DNA of 62,897 nucleotides, counting the filler, from Pelomyxa schiedti (Eukaryota; Protista; Evosea): NCBI GenBank assembly GCA_020536535.1. It is 7 parts of 7 records of this genome, joined end to end, with 100 filler letters (N's around TTAATTAATTAA, not from the genome) between each part and the next. Parts side by side here need not be neighbours in the genome. Positions count along the whole stretch, not along the records: positions 1 to 19,922 come from JAHLWZ010000256.1; 6 more parts are not named here. One strand, given 5' to 3'. The position numbers and the translations under genes are program-made. The notes beneath the pieces are model-generated. The model was given only the letters and a program-made list of their open reading frames with translations. It was not told the origin of the DNA and did no database searches. The number at the start of each line of letters is the position of its first letter. Position 1 is the stretch's first letter. Below are positions 1 through 10,562 of this stretch, one piece after another.

Positions 1-1968
1 GAGCAACCCCTCTTTTATGAAACCGGCATTGAGACATGGCTTCGGTAATGACTGTTGGTTGTTAAGCTTTACCGGGTTTAACCCACACCACAGTGGACTC
101 TCATCGCAAAAACAAATACAGTTGCGGCGTGCACCAAACTGGCCCTATTTAAAAAGGGGCAATGTAACAACTATCATTCGGGATTAACACAAAATATTCC
201 ATATTCTTTTTTGGGACTGGTAATGGTTTGTTGGTGTAAGTATCTTGTTCTTTCTGTAAGTAAGAACAAAGTAGTTTGTGTAGAATAATCGCGAGTAGTT
301 CGAAATTAATACAAATAAGAGCTTAACTTCTGAGAAAGATGTTAGTACTGGTGTTAGTACTGATTCTCCGTGTACTGCCCCTGTGTGAATTACGGGAATT
401 AGGGCATCCAATACTAATGCGGTGGGGTTCTAAGTAGTTCGCAGTCATGAAGAGATGAGGAAGGCAGTGCAACTGAGGTAACCTGTAAATTGCAAGCCAA
501 CAAGAAAGTGGACCATAAAATTAATGTACTCGAAATGCGGGGGCGAAGAAGGCTTACAAAAATCAAACCAATAATTCTCCCCGAGCCGTACGAAAACCGC
601 TTCATAAAAGCGAACCAAACGAGAGGGAGAAATATGTTCTATGGTACGGAAGGACGCTGTTTTTGATCAAAAACAGTCCCAAAATGCACAACACCGACAC
701 CTCCATCGGCTTCAACCTCTTTAAAAGTAAATAGAATCATCAAACTGGTTCTCCATGAATTGGATGATAAGGAACTGGTCTCTTGAATGCAGATGCGGCA
801 CCTCATGTTGCTTCATTTACCTCTAGTTCTAAGCCTTTGTGGTCTGGAGCAGAGGAAAGGAGAGTGGGGGCGATCTGCTGTTCCCATTGGAATTGACCAT
901 TTTCCTTTTAGATCTTGGCGCCATAAATATCCCACAAGGAAAAAGACAAAGCAAAACAAACAAGTACCCGATGTCGTGCAACGAGGTTTCTATGGGCGAG
1001 GCGTCAGAGTCGGGAAATCGAAACGTCGACGACGAATACCAAGAAGGAAGGAAAGTTGATAGGCACGTGATTTGTTATTGTTTTGTGTTGTTTTTTGATC
1101 TTGGTTGTATATCTTGTTTACATGCACAAGGTTGCTTGGGTGGCTTGTCAGAATGGTGGGCGTGGTTCTTGTTTTTGGTGCATCGAAGACAGAAGTTCTG
1201 GAACTCTATGATGCTATTAGGGGAGCTGGGATTCTAGAAGCGCAAGTGTTAATGGGAATGGCAAAGGTTGTTTTTGGTGATTGTTAAATTTAGGCAATAA
1301 TATTAACTCGCATAGGATTGTGCACAGCCTAGAAAGGGCAAAATAACAGTACTGCTAGCGTGGAGGGTCGATCAAGTTCAAGATATCAAGGGGGTGGACT
1401 TCATTATACATTATGAATTGCCGCGTGGGTCAACAGAAAGAGCTGAACGCGAAAGATCTGCAAACAAAACGGCAGTCATTGTGAACATGTGCCCACCAAG
1501 GACAACAGTTCTGTTGTCCCCCTTGGCTGATATGTTAGTAGAGAGGGGTGATAGGGTGTCAGAGTGGGATAAAAAGATTGCGGAGCTCCAGAATCTTGTT
1601 ACAATAGGCAAGAGATTGAGGACAGAGCTAGTTGACACCAGTTTGTTTGCTCCCAAGTGAATTTACTCTAATATTTCTACAAGGTAATGCCAAAAAGGAG
1701 ACTGCAAACTGCTTGAGAGATTCACAGTTGGAGATCAAGCATATGCAGGACCAACTGGAAACTCTTCATGCTGAATATGAAGCCTCGCTTTTTCAGTTGG
1801 AAAAGACAAAAAATGAGTTGCGTGCATCAAATGAGAAACTAGTTACCATGCAAGAAGAATTGTCACAGCTTCAAAAGAAGAGGCGAGGTTTGTTTGTAAG
1901 CACTAGTACAATTCTGTAACCCCTAAATAGAATGTATTGCACTCCTGCGGGAAGGTATGGATGATTAA
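1..1968 (+). CDS. Degenerate DEAD-box-helicase-like (RecA2 domain) protein with C-terminal coiled coil; multi-exon, 5' end uncertain or outside the window
   Basis: Spliced exons from ~1131 read VVLVFGASKTEVLELYDAIRGAGI...GKITVLLAWRVDQVQDIKGVDFIIHYELP...LLSPLADMLVERGDRVSEW, colinear with helicase-C motifs IV-VI but lacking ARGLD and HRIGRTGR. A coiled-coil exon (~1684-1888) and a last exon ending at TAA 1966-1968 follow. A weak Q-motif-like stretch (FYETGIETWL..GLSSQKQIQ) lies at 1-120. Confidence 0.5.
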
Positions 1969-2312
1969 ACAATTAAGAGAAAGTTTTGGTTTTGGCCTGC
2001 CTTCACTGATGTTTTACTAGTTGGGAGTCGTGGGTTTGGGTTTCATTATTAGCTTGTTCAGGGCGTTTTTGGTTTGTTAGAGATTAGTGCTTTTAATACA
2101 TGGAAATGAGCTCCGTCGTAATGAACACAAATGGCGTCGTCTCGGACACCAAAAGGCAACGCAAGTCCCATAATTTTTTTTTTTTCAGTGTGTCGCCTTT
2201 CTTCAAGCCAAAAAATTTTATTTTCCGAAAAAGAGGATTTTGATGGTGAAAGGTTCTGTTTGGACTTGTAATTAACCAAGTTAAGCACTGTTTCGTAACA
2301 GTGTCCCACTTA

Positions 2313-5300
2313 TTACGTTCTGCTTGGGAACAGTGCTTTGGCTTGGGTGAGTATTACGGTGAGTTCGACGTGTAGTTCCGTGAGGCGTGCATTGAGCCAC
2401 TTGCGCCCTTTGGTGGCTAGAATCTCCCACTCATCCGTACTATCCGCAAATAGAATAGAGAGGGCAGAGAGCGCTGCGGAAGGGAGAAAAAGAAATTAGG
2501 AAGGTAGCATGGACTTTGGGGTGTGGTAGTGGCAAGGGGAGGTCAAGTTAAACCTATAGCAGTGCTCCAGATGATAAGGGAATTCTTGGCAGTGGACAAT
2601 TCCGTTGGGACTGTATCCCTGATTTTTTGCATTGTGATTCCTAGGGATTGTCGAAATCAGTGAGAGATGAATTTGATGCAACGCGAACCTAGAATACTCT
2701 CAGCGGCTTCAGTAAAATCCCAGGAGCCATCAGATTTCTGCATAAATATGAATTTGTCCAACGGGCGCACCTATTTAAATGTTAGGAAACGTATTTGGGG
2801 ATTTCTCATGGAGTTTGCATACTTGAGAACCTGATGGAAGAGCTTGTGTGAGTAGTGTGGGTTTCGTGGGTTGTGCTGGAGGCGCTGCCATTGACTGTGG
2901 CATTCCACCCATAAACATGCCAAATAGGGAAGAGGGAGGGGGAGGAGGGGGGGGTGCAGATGCAGGTGTAGGAGGTGGTGGGTATCCATAAGGCTGAGCA
3001 TAAGGCTGAGCAGCCATCGCAGGAAGAAATGCGGGAACCGCCCCTGCTAAGCCACCAATCCCTAATGATTGGAAGGATGAAGCTGGAGGCGCCATCATAC
3101 CAGGCATGAGGTGAGGTAGTGCTTGGGGTTTGAATTCTTCTGATTTCTTCATTTGTTCCTGATGGACACTTATTTGTGGTCGTGGTTGTTCCTGCTTTTG
3201 CTTCTTTTCGTCATTCAGTGCTTTATCCATGGCATAGGCTTGAAAATTAGAACTAAATTCTTCACTTTCTATGGAACTTCTTCTGGCCTTGGCCTGTTTT
3301 TGTTCTGGCTTTGAGGGCTCAGCAGCCTCAGGCTTTAACTCAGCAGCTGCTGCAAAGTCAGCAAAGTCATCAGACACTGACTCAAAGCTGTAGCTAGCCA
3401 TAGTCTTGCCTCTTTGCCGCTCCCTCATCATATTAGCGGGTTCTTCCTCGTCTTCCTCTTCCGATCCAGAGTCAGAATCTGTGTCTGCTGGTAGAGCACC
3501 AAGAGTAGGTGCCCCAAATAGAGCACGGGAACGATAGGCAGGTGCGTAAGCAGCTTCAAACATGTTAGATTGTGATGACAAAGACGACAAAGTGTCGACT
3601 GAATCAATTGAGTTATAATACATTGCATCTAATTGTTAATGAGAACTGGCAGTGGGACTTGAATGTAATAGAAGTACGTGGAGTGGTTGGTATAATTGGA
3701 GTCTCGTTGGAAGCTTTCGCAGAGTATTCAACTGTACGCAGTTGAATTGCATCTAAGAGAATAATGTTATGCAACATAAAAAATGTACTTAAAAGGAACC
3801 TTGGGTCCCATCTGTCCGTGCCTCCGTGCACACAAAGCTGGTATATTTGCTGACAATTTGGTATTTAAGAGCCAGTTCAATTACACGTGGCTTATTTTCA
3901 GGAGCCTCTTCCAGTTCACTGAAGACAGGAATAAATTGGCTGCAACAAGGGAAAAGAGATACTGAATTTTCGTTCTTGCAGCAAGCCTGTGGACTGTAGT
4001 GCCCATCTTGGGTTCAGATATCCTCATTCTACTTCCGTTAGTTCTAGCTGAGGGTTACTTGGTTGCTTACTGAAAAGGAAACGTTATCTCTCTGTCATTT
4101 AAGAACCCCCGCACTCTCCCAATGGAGAGGCCAACATTAGAAGTATCACTTAGAAAACCGTAAACTAGTGGTGTGAGTGGAGATGAAAGGTGCAAAGTTC
4201 TGTACCAAGGAGGCGATCGCCATCAAATATTGGGGGCAGTACTTTAGGTACTTGGTCAGCAGTAACAGAACCCCAATCGATTTCTACATTTTTAAGGATT
4301 GGTTGCAGTGCTCTCTTAATTTGGCCCATCACTTTTGGTTCCAAGCGAACTCCTGAAGTAACAAATTCGGCCTAAACCATTTTAATTTGTAAGATACAAC
4401 TCAACCTAGGAAAGATTATACTTTTCCCCTTGTCGCCGCGGCCACACCTGAAATGAATGCTGTTAATAAAGAGCATGGTTTATATTTCTCACCTCGGACT
4501 AGCTGTGGGCTTGCTTCTGCTGATATCCCAAAAGTGAAAATTCTTGTACCCTCTAATTAGGCAAAAGTAAATAATAGGAGAAAGGATGACAAACAACCTG
4601 CATGTGTTTTTACGTATGAAATAACTTCGTCAGTATTCTTTACTTCACCATCAGTCTACAGAAACACATTAGGACTTGGAAAGAGGGAAAGGTAGCGCAC
4701 TAAGAAGAATATTTGTCGTGGATAATTGGGGTTTGCTTTAGAACTCAATATTGCTTTCATGGGAGGGAGTACATCAGTGCCCTGAAGGTCAGCTTTCATA
4801 TCTAAGACATGTTGTGTGGCAGTCTGAAATCTGTAGAAGAGATAAGTTCTACACAGTGATCTAAAGCATACGTTTCATCATTGTACGGGCGACTTTCAGG
4901 GAACAAAGACTCGAACCGTGTGCCAAAACCAATTACTAATGTCAAAGACAATTAAGGACCGAGAAATAAAATGACAGGTTATACTGTTGAATAGGCACCC
5001 AGTTGGAATACTTCTCAAGAATAGTTGAAGTGCATTTTTTGCCTGGTTAATTCGGCTTCCAGCCATACTTCCACTCCGGTCGATCAGGAACACAAATTCA
5101 CATTGAGGTTCTTCATCTGTACTTACATTCGGGAACAAAGATATCATGGCCACACAAGAGGATTGCTCATCCTGCCCCAAAAAAATTACTGGGTCTCTAA
5201 TTCATTGAAGACCTACTTGCTCTATCAAAGAGAACATAGGGTCAACGGACTTGTCAAGTTCAAACTCAATCCAAAACAGTTCGGATATCTGGCAATCAAT

Positions 5301-6761
5301 TGAGAAATTTAGTCAAGACAGCCTCAAAAGGAACCTGAGGCGCAGAAAATTTCACTGAAACTCCTTCGCTGATTGTGTGGCTGAGAGCCAAAGGGGATTT
5401 AACATTTGTTACAGGAAGACCCAAATTGAATTCACCAGTAAAGGTAAATCCCCGATTGGGAGTGGGAGATGCTGAGTTCTCAGCTGATGGCTCCGCCTTA
5501 TTTGCATTAGGCATTCCGCGTTAGCCGCGAATTATGCATACTGCCATGGGTAAGCATCGTGTGTTCGGCAGTTCAAATCGGAGGTTTCCTTGGTCGCATT
5601 GAAGTTCTTTGTAGTGGGTTTGTACAAAAGGTCAGAGGAATGAAGAGCTACCGGTGACATATTTAAGACTAATTTCAGCCGAACCTCCTGGGGGAAGATT
5701 ACCAATTTGCATTTTCAACATTTCTCCTTGAAGTGGATCCGTTTCTGTGAAGCCAGTTATGGTGTACTTGTAAAGGTGTAAATATAAAAACCTTTTTCAA
5801 GCAGATAGGCACCATGTCCACTGGCTATTGCGTCGTCATACTAAAAGAAACGTGTCAGAGGGAGCAACTAAAGAAGGACTAACTTGATTTGTAGCCGCTT
5901 GTTTCTCTCTAACTACACTGGAAATTACTCGACCTCCCACCGTAACTTCCAAGGCATAAACAGAGAACTCGCTTTGGGCAAACTTATACCTGGACAAAGT
6001 CAAATACACTCCCAAACAACCAAACCAAAGTCACAGATAGGTCTGTTGGGGGATTCACCTGCTTTGCTGGGCATAACCTGGCGTTTGACGATTTGGCTAC
6101 AAATCCCTTCTTAATGGTGGCAACACCTCGCTTGAGCANNNNNNNNNNNNNNNNNNNNNNNNNNNNNNNNNNNNNNNNNNNNNNNNNNNNNNNNNNNNNN
6201 NNNNNNNNNNNNNNNNNNNNNNNNNNNNNNNNNNNNNNCCCCCCCCCCCCCCCCCAAAAAAAAAAAAAAAAAGAAGAAGAAGAAGAAGAAAAAGGCATAC
6301 ACAGCCTCAATTGGCTTGTCCTCCCGGTTAACGAAAAGGTGCCTCATTTCCACATCAGCTGTGACACCAACCACATTCGCAGTCACATTCAGCGCCTCGA
6401 ACGGCAGCGCCGGCACAGCAGCCTGCTCGCCGCCGCCACTCGCAGGGGCGCTTCCCGGCTGCGCTGGCGCCGCTTTTCTGCTGGCAGGAGCAACGTATAC
6501 GCCGCTGAACGGGCGGCCGTAAGTGACCAACGGCGGCAGCGGCGGAGGCGCCGAAGACGCCGACACAGACGCCGTAGAGGCAGGGGGCAAGTCGGCAGAT
6601 CCAGATCCGGAAGGAGGCGCGGAGACGGCGGGTGTCGCCGCCTGTTGGTCAAAGTACATCTGCAGTGCGCCCTCGAGGCTCTGGCCGCCAATGTCGAGGT
6701 ACAGCTCTGCGGTTGTGCGGTCAGATCCCGTTATGTCCTGGAACTGTTGAAGCAAAGACAT
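2313..6761 (-). CDS. VIT + von Willebrand factor A domain protein (vWA5A-like) with N-terminal UBA-like domain; multi-exon
   Basis: N-terminus MSLLQQFQDITGSDRTTAELYLDIGGQSLEGALQMYF is UBA-like. VIT segment ADVEMRHLFVNREDKPIEAVY; vWA MIDAS EFVFLIDRSGSMAGSRINQAKNALQLFLRSIP; typical C-terminal DEWEILATKGRKWL. Stop TAA at 2313-2315. The N gap at 6139-6238 lies in an intron. Confidence 0.88.
6139..6238. other. Assembly gap (100 N) next to a poly-C/poly-A run
   Basis: N run adjacent to a long C homopolymer. Confidence 0.99.
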
Positions 6762-7216
6762 CCTTGCGTAAATGCAGTCCCACTCTTTGTTTGTTGTTGC
6801 CTTTAGTAAATTGATGTTTGGCAGTCACTCCTCGAGCTCGAGTCGTTTTTTGTTCCAACGTTCTTTTCTGGCCCGAGATATGATGATCATCAAGTTGCGT
6901 CTGAGATACTCACCCTCGCATTCATAAATGAGCAAATCTTGCGTTGTTGGCGTGGGGTTTCCATCTCCTGGGTTACTCTCAAAATCCCATTGAGGAAGTT
7001 CGACAAGTGCAACTTGGTTGTGCTGATTCTGGACTTGGAGTTGCATATTTTCCTGGGGGTATTTTTAGCTAATAGGACCAAACGAAACTCAAGCTGGTTG
7101 TACCAATCCTCTGCTGGGGAGTTTATTTAAATAAAACCAACGCAGCACTTCAACAAAATCAAAAACAACACACAAAACAATAAGCAACAAGACCAGAACA
7201 ACAACAAGCAAAGACA

Positions 7217-7526
7217 ATGACTACTGTGGTATCCACTGGAGCCGTTGCACCTCAGCCCTCTGTTATTGTGGTCCAGGCGCCCGCTGCTGCTCCTGCTGCC
7301 CCAGCCCCTATTATTGTTAACAATAACAATAACAACAATAATAACAACAACAATGGCAACAGAATTGTATGTACCCCTTCATTTCACTCCCCTTTTCTCA
7401 TCCACCTCATAGCCAGTCAACCACGTCTGCCACTGTTGCTTGACTTTCTGGACTGCTGGGCTCTGGACTCCATTCTGGGTTCTCGCTTGTTTGGGCTTTG
7501 GCTGTGAGCGACCCTGTGGCAGCTAA
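7217..7526 (+). CDS. Small Pro/Asn-rich protein with Cys-rich hydrophobic C-terminal membrane segment (2 exons)
   Basis: ATG 7217; intron 7367-7412 (GTATGT..ATAG). Exon 2 reads PVNHVCHCCLTFWTAGLWTPFWVLACLGFGCERPCGS*, with TAA at 7524-7526. Poly-Asn is encoded by an AAC/AAT repeat. Confidence 0.72.
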
Positions 7527-7681
7527 CTACCAGAGTGCCACTGTTTCCTTCATTGTTTGTTTCAAAAAAGAGGGTTTTACTAAGAGAATTTTGGGATTTC
7601 TGGTGCTATGTTCTTTGCCTTTTTTTTTTTTATACTGCGTTTTGAGCAGAAACTTGTGTTTGAGGTAATAAGAAAAAGTAT

Positions 7682-9217
7682 CTAACTCTTTACTAGCACA
7701 AACAGGGCAGCTTCGGTTGCACCAAGCCTCACATTATGTGTGGAAACAAGTGTTAATTCTTCTGAATGTTCACATATTGACTCTGGAATCAGCTGATTGC
7801 GTGGTGCAAGAAAAACTGCAATTCCAGACTGCTTGAGCAATGACTTGGTGGTATGTATAATTTGAGAATACAGTGTACTAAGAGTTGTTCCATTTAGGGG
7901 TGTATGCTTCTGGCCAAATGGAGCATCACACAAAATGACATCAAAGCCGCCAAAGTCCTTTCGGAACATCTGGGGTAGAGTTTGTATATCTGCCGCTACG
8001 AGTTGTATGCTGTTGTTAATGTGTGCCGCTTCAGAGTTTAATTTTGCCTTATGCAGCTGCTCGGTAGATATATCGGCTCCTGTGCAATGTATTCCCCTCC
8101 AACAAACAGCAGCTTCCACAAGTATTGTTCCTTGCCCGCACATTGGATCAAGCACTGTAGCTGAATATTGCTTCGGTACCAATGAGGAAGAACTCGACAC
8201 AGTGCCGCAGGTTATCTCGTGTTTAGAAAGGTTAGCCAGAACACACATAGCATGAGCTATAGTTGGCCGCATTCCCCAATGTGGAATATATGGCCTCACA
8301 GATAGTGGCTCTCCAGATAAAGGAAATCCGCACACAATTGCGTTCAAGTCCATGCGAATTGTTATCTCCAGTTCAAAGTTTCGTGGTGATGCTCTCCAGT
8401 TACTTCCGCTGGTGAATGATATCAAGCGAGCAAGCTCAGCAGAAAGGGAATCACTATTGCTCCTTGGAGTTGTGCTATTCTTATCCCGGGATATTTTGCA
8501 TGAAACTCGGAATCCTCCAGGTACCCCAACCTTCAAGTTTGCAGAACCCGTTTTCACTTTCCTCCACAAGCAATAAGCGGCACTCCAATCAACTCGTCTC
8601 ACGAAATCCTTCAGCTTCTCCTCTGAGGAGGTTTCCTTGCCCCTCGGAAATTGCGGGATTCTTTGCACTCTGGCAAGCAGAAATACTCTCTCCACAAGCT
8701 TCAGGTGCATAGCAACATCCCTCAACTGCCTTGGTGTTATCCAATCAGGTAATTCATTGTTCCCTCTCAATCCAGTACCGCTTTCCTCCGCATCACCACA
8801 TTTGCAATTGGATTCGCACTTGCAGATTCCTGAAAATTGCACAATGACCTTACCCGGCAACGCCCAGACTTCAAAAGCCTCCTCCTCAGTCACACTACCA
8901 TTCCTCCCCAACCCACAATTGCAACATAAGCCGCCGCCGCTGCCGCCACCACTTGCTCCCACAATTCCCCCCGAGCCGTGCTCCTTTCTCTTGACTGGTA
9001 GCAACGGCGCCGGCGTCGAATCAGAAGCCGATACGCCCTCGCTCCCCCTGGAGGCCCCAGTCTCTTCGCGGGCACAGCAACTCCCATAATTGCACGCGGC
9101 CTCTGCCCCGTGGTGGCGCCACAGGGATCCGATGGCGACCCGCAACTCCGACTCGGCCAGTGGCTCCAGCCCACGGCCCACAGTTGCGAACACACCCCCG
9201 CACGCGACGTTCATCAC
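7682..9217 (-). CDS. THUMPD2: THUMP-domain class I RNA (guanine-N2)-methyltransferase, THUMPD2-like; intronless
   Basis: N-terminal FATVGRGLEP; THUMP FRVSCK; MRPTIAHAM; SAM motif I VLDPMCGQGTILVEAA; motif IV ILCDAPFGQK. Confidence 0.8.
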   Translation of the reverse strand: MMNVACGGVFATVGRGLEPLAESELRVAIGSLWRHHGAEAACNYGSCCAREETGASRGSEGVSASDSTPAPLLPVKRKEHGSGGIVGASGGGSGGGLCCNCGLGRNGSVTEEEAFEVWALPGKVIVQFSGICKCESNCKCGDAEESGTGLRGNNELPDWITPRQLRDVAMHLKLVERVFLLARVQRIPQFPRGKETSSEEKLKDFVRRVDWSAAYCLWRKVKTGSANLKVGVPGGFRVSCKISRDKNSTTPRSNSDSLSAELARLISFTSGSNWRASPRNFELEITIRMDLNAIVCGFPLSGEPLSVRPYIPHWGMRPTIAHAMCVLANLSKHEITCGTVSSSSSLVPKQYSATVLDPMCGQGTILVEAAVCWRGIHCTGADISTEQLHKAKLNSEAAHINNSIQLVAADIQTLPQMFRKDFGGFDVILCDAPFGQKHTPLNGTTLSTLYSQIIHTTKSLLKQSGIAVFLAPRNQLIPESICEHSEELTLVSTHNVRLGATEAALFVLVKS

Positions 9218-9347
9218 TTGATAGTTCTGTTAAAAAACAAAAAGATGGAAACCTGAACCATACACATCGCCAAAAGGACTTCGTTTTCTTGAGAAATTTC
9301 TCTGGCGAGGTCCATTTGTGGGATTGTTTCTTGTTCACATGAACATG

Positions 9348-10488
9348 TCACTCTTGTTTTGCCAGCCACAGCTTGGTTGATGCAGAGTAGTGTTTCCAGA
9401 ACCTGGGCATGCTCTTTTCTGACTGGCAGAACTCCACAATCTCGTCGTTGGTCAGCCCCAAGGTGCGGATGCAGTGCTCAATGTGACGCGGGGAGGCAAC
9501 AATGGCCCTCATCACATGGAGGCTTTCCCTGGCGAGGTCTCCTGTGATTTCTTCCGGGAACATCCTGTGCAGCATCTTCCACATTGCCAGGCTGATTTTT
9601 CCAACTGACCACGTGTTCATCTTCATAAAAATAGCACGGACCTGCATTTTTTTTTCGTGTGTGTATGTGTACTTTGTGAGTAGTGGTTTTCAAAAAAAAA
9701 CTCTGGGATTGGGTAGTACCTGAGGAAATGGTATGTTGAACTTTCGTATCAGCCACTCAGCAGTGCTTGTCTTGGAGTGACTGACCAACTGCATCAACAG
9801 GGAGGAGTTGGCGCGATTCTGGAGTTGGCACAATTGTAGGTGGTTACTCTCAACCAGCCACTTCACAGCTTTTGTAGAACTGAAGGAGTGTTGACACAAG
9901 CTGGATGCTACCCCTGACTGTGACCACCACGCTATTTGTTGTGCTGATGAGAAGTCCACCCTTGGAGCGTAAAGTGAGAGAGCTTTCCACGCCAGATTGG
10001 CTTGGTCATGTGGCAGCTGAAACGAGTTAAGTAGGTACAAAGTGCCATCGTAGTTATCATTGTCGAGACATGCACGAACTGCCGGAGCAACCTCGGTCAC
10101 ATCAATAGATTCCTTTGGAATACGTTGGAGAACTCCGGCATTTGCTTTTTTGCAGCGGGCACAATCCAACAGTGTCAGATATTTCTTGGTGCCGGTTGGT
10201 CCTTGTTGCTGGGTTTCACTTTGTGGTTGTTGCTGAGAGGGTTTCTTGAAGCCAGGTGGCAACTTCCAAATTTTGGGCCAACAGAGCTTTTTGGATGGCA
10301 GATTGGAGGTCTTTTGGTGGCAAGGTGACCCTCTGCAGCATGAACCTCACTACTTCAATGCTATCTTTCGTATTACAAAAGGCAGATTCCAGATTATGGG
10401 GTCCCACAGGTACAGGGACATGACAATGATCATCAAGCCACTCCATAAGGGACGCATCGCAGACCTGGTGTAACGCACGAAACATCAT
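9348..10488 (-). pseudogene. Ankyrin-like helical-repeat protein of a lineage-expanded family; apparent frameshift and probable 5' truncation
   Basis: Repeated helical motifs (QNLEVATWL, KAVKWLV, TSTAEWLIRKF). The frame breaks at ~10215-10260 in a CAA-rich stretch. One plausible intron lies at ~9642-9719. There is an in-frame stop 6 codons upstream of the 10488 ATG and no AG acceptor in between. Confidence 0.5.
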
Positions 10489-10562
10489 CAGTTGAAAAAG
10501 GGGATTTTAGTTTCCGAGTCGGTTTTTCGCTTTTGTGAGTCGGATTTTCCGGGCCTACTCTA

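Noticed and set aside
6093-6806. Arg-rich + strand ORF and similar long ORFs (23959-24774, 54397-54921, 32248-32943, 58309-59175)
   Set aside because: These are antisense or alternative-frame shadows of GC-rich real exons.
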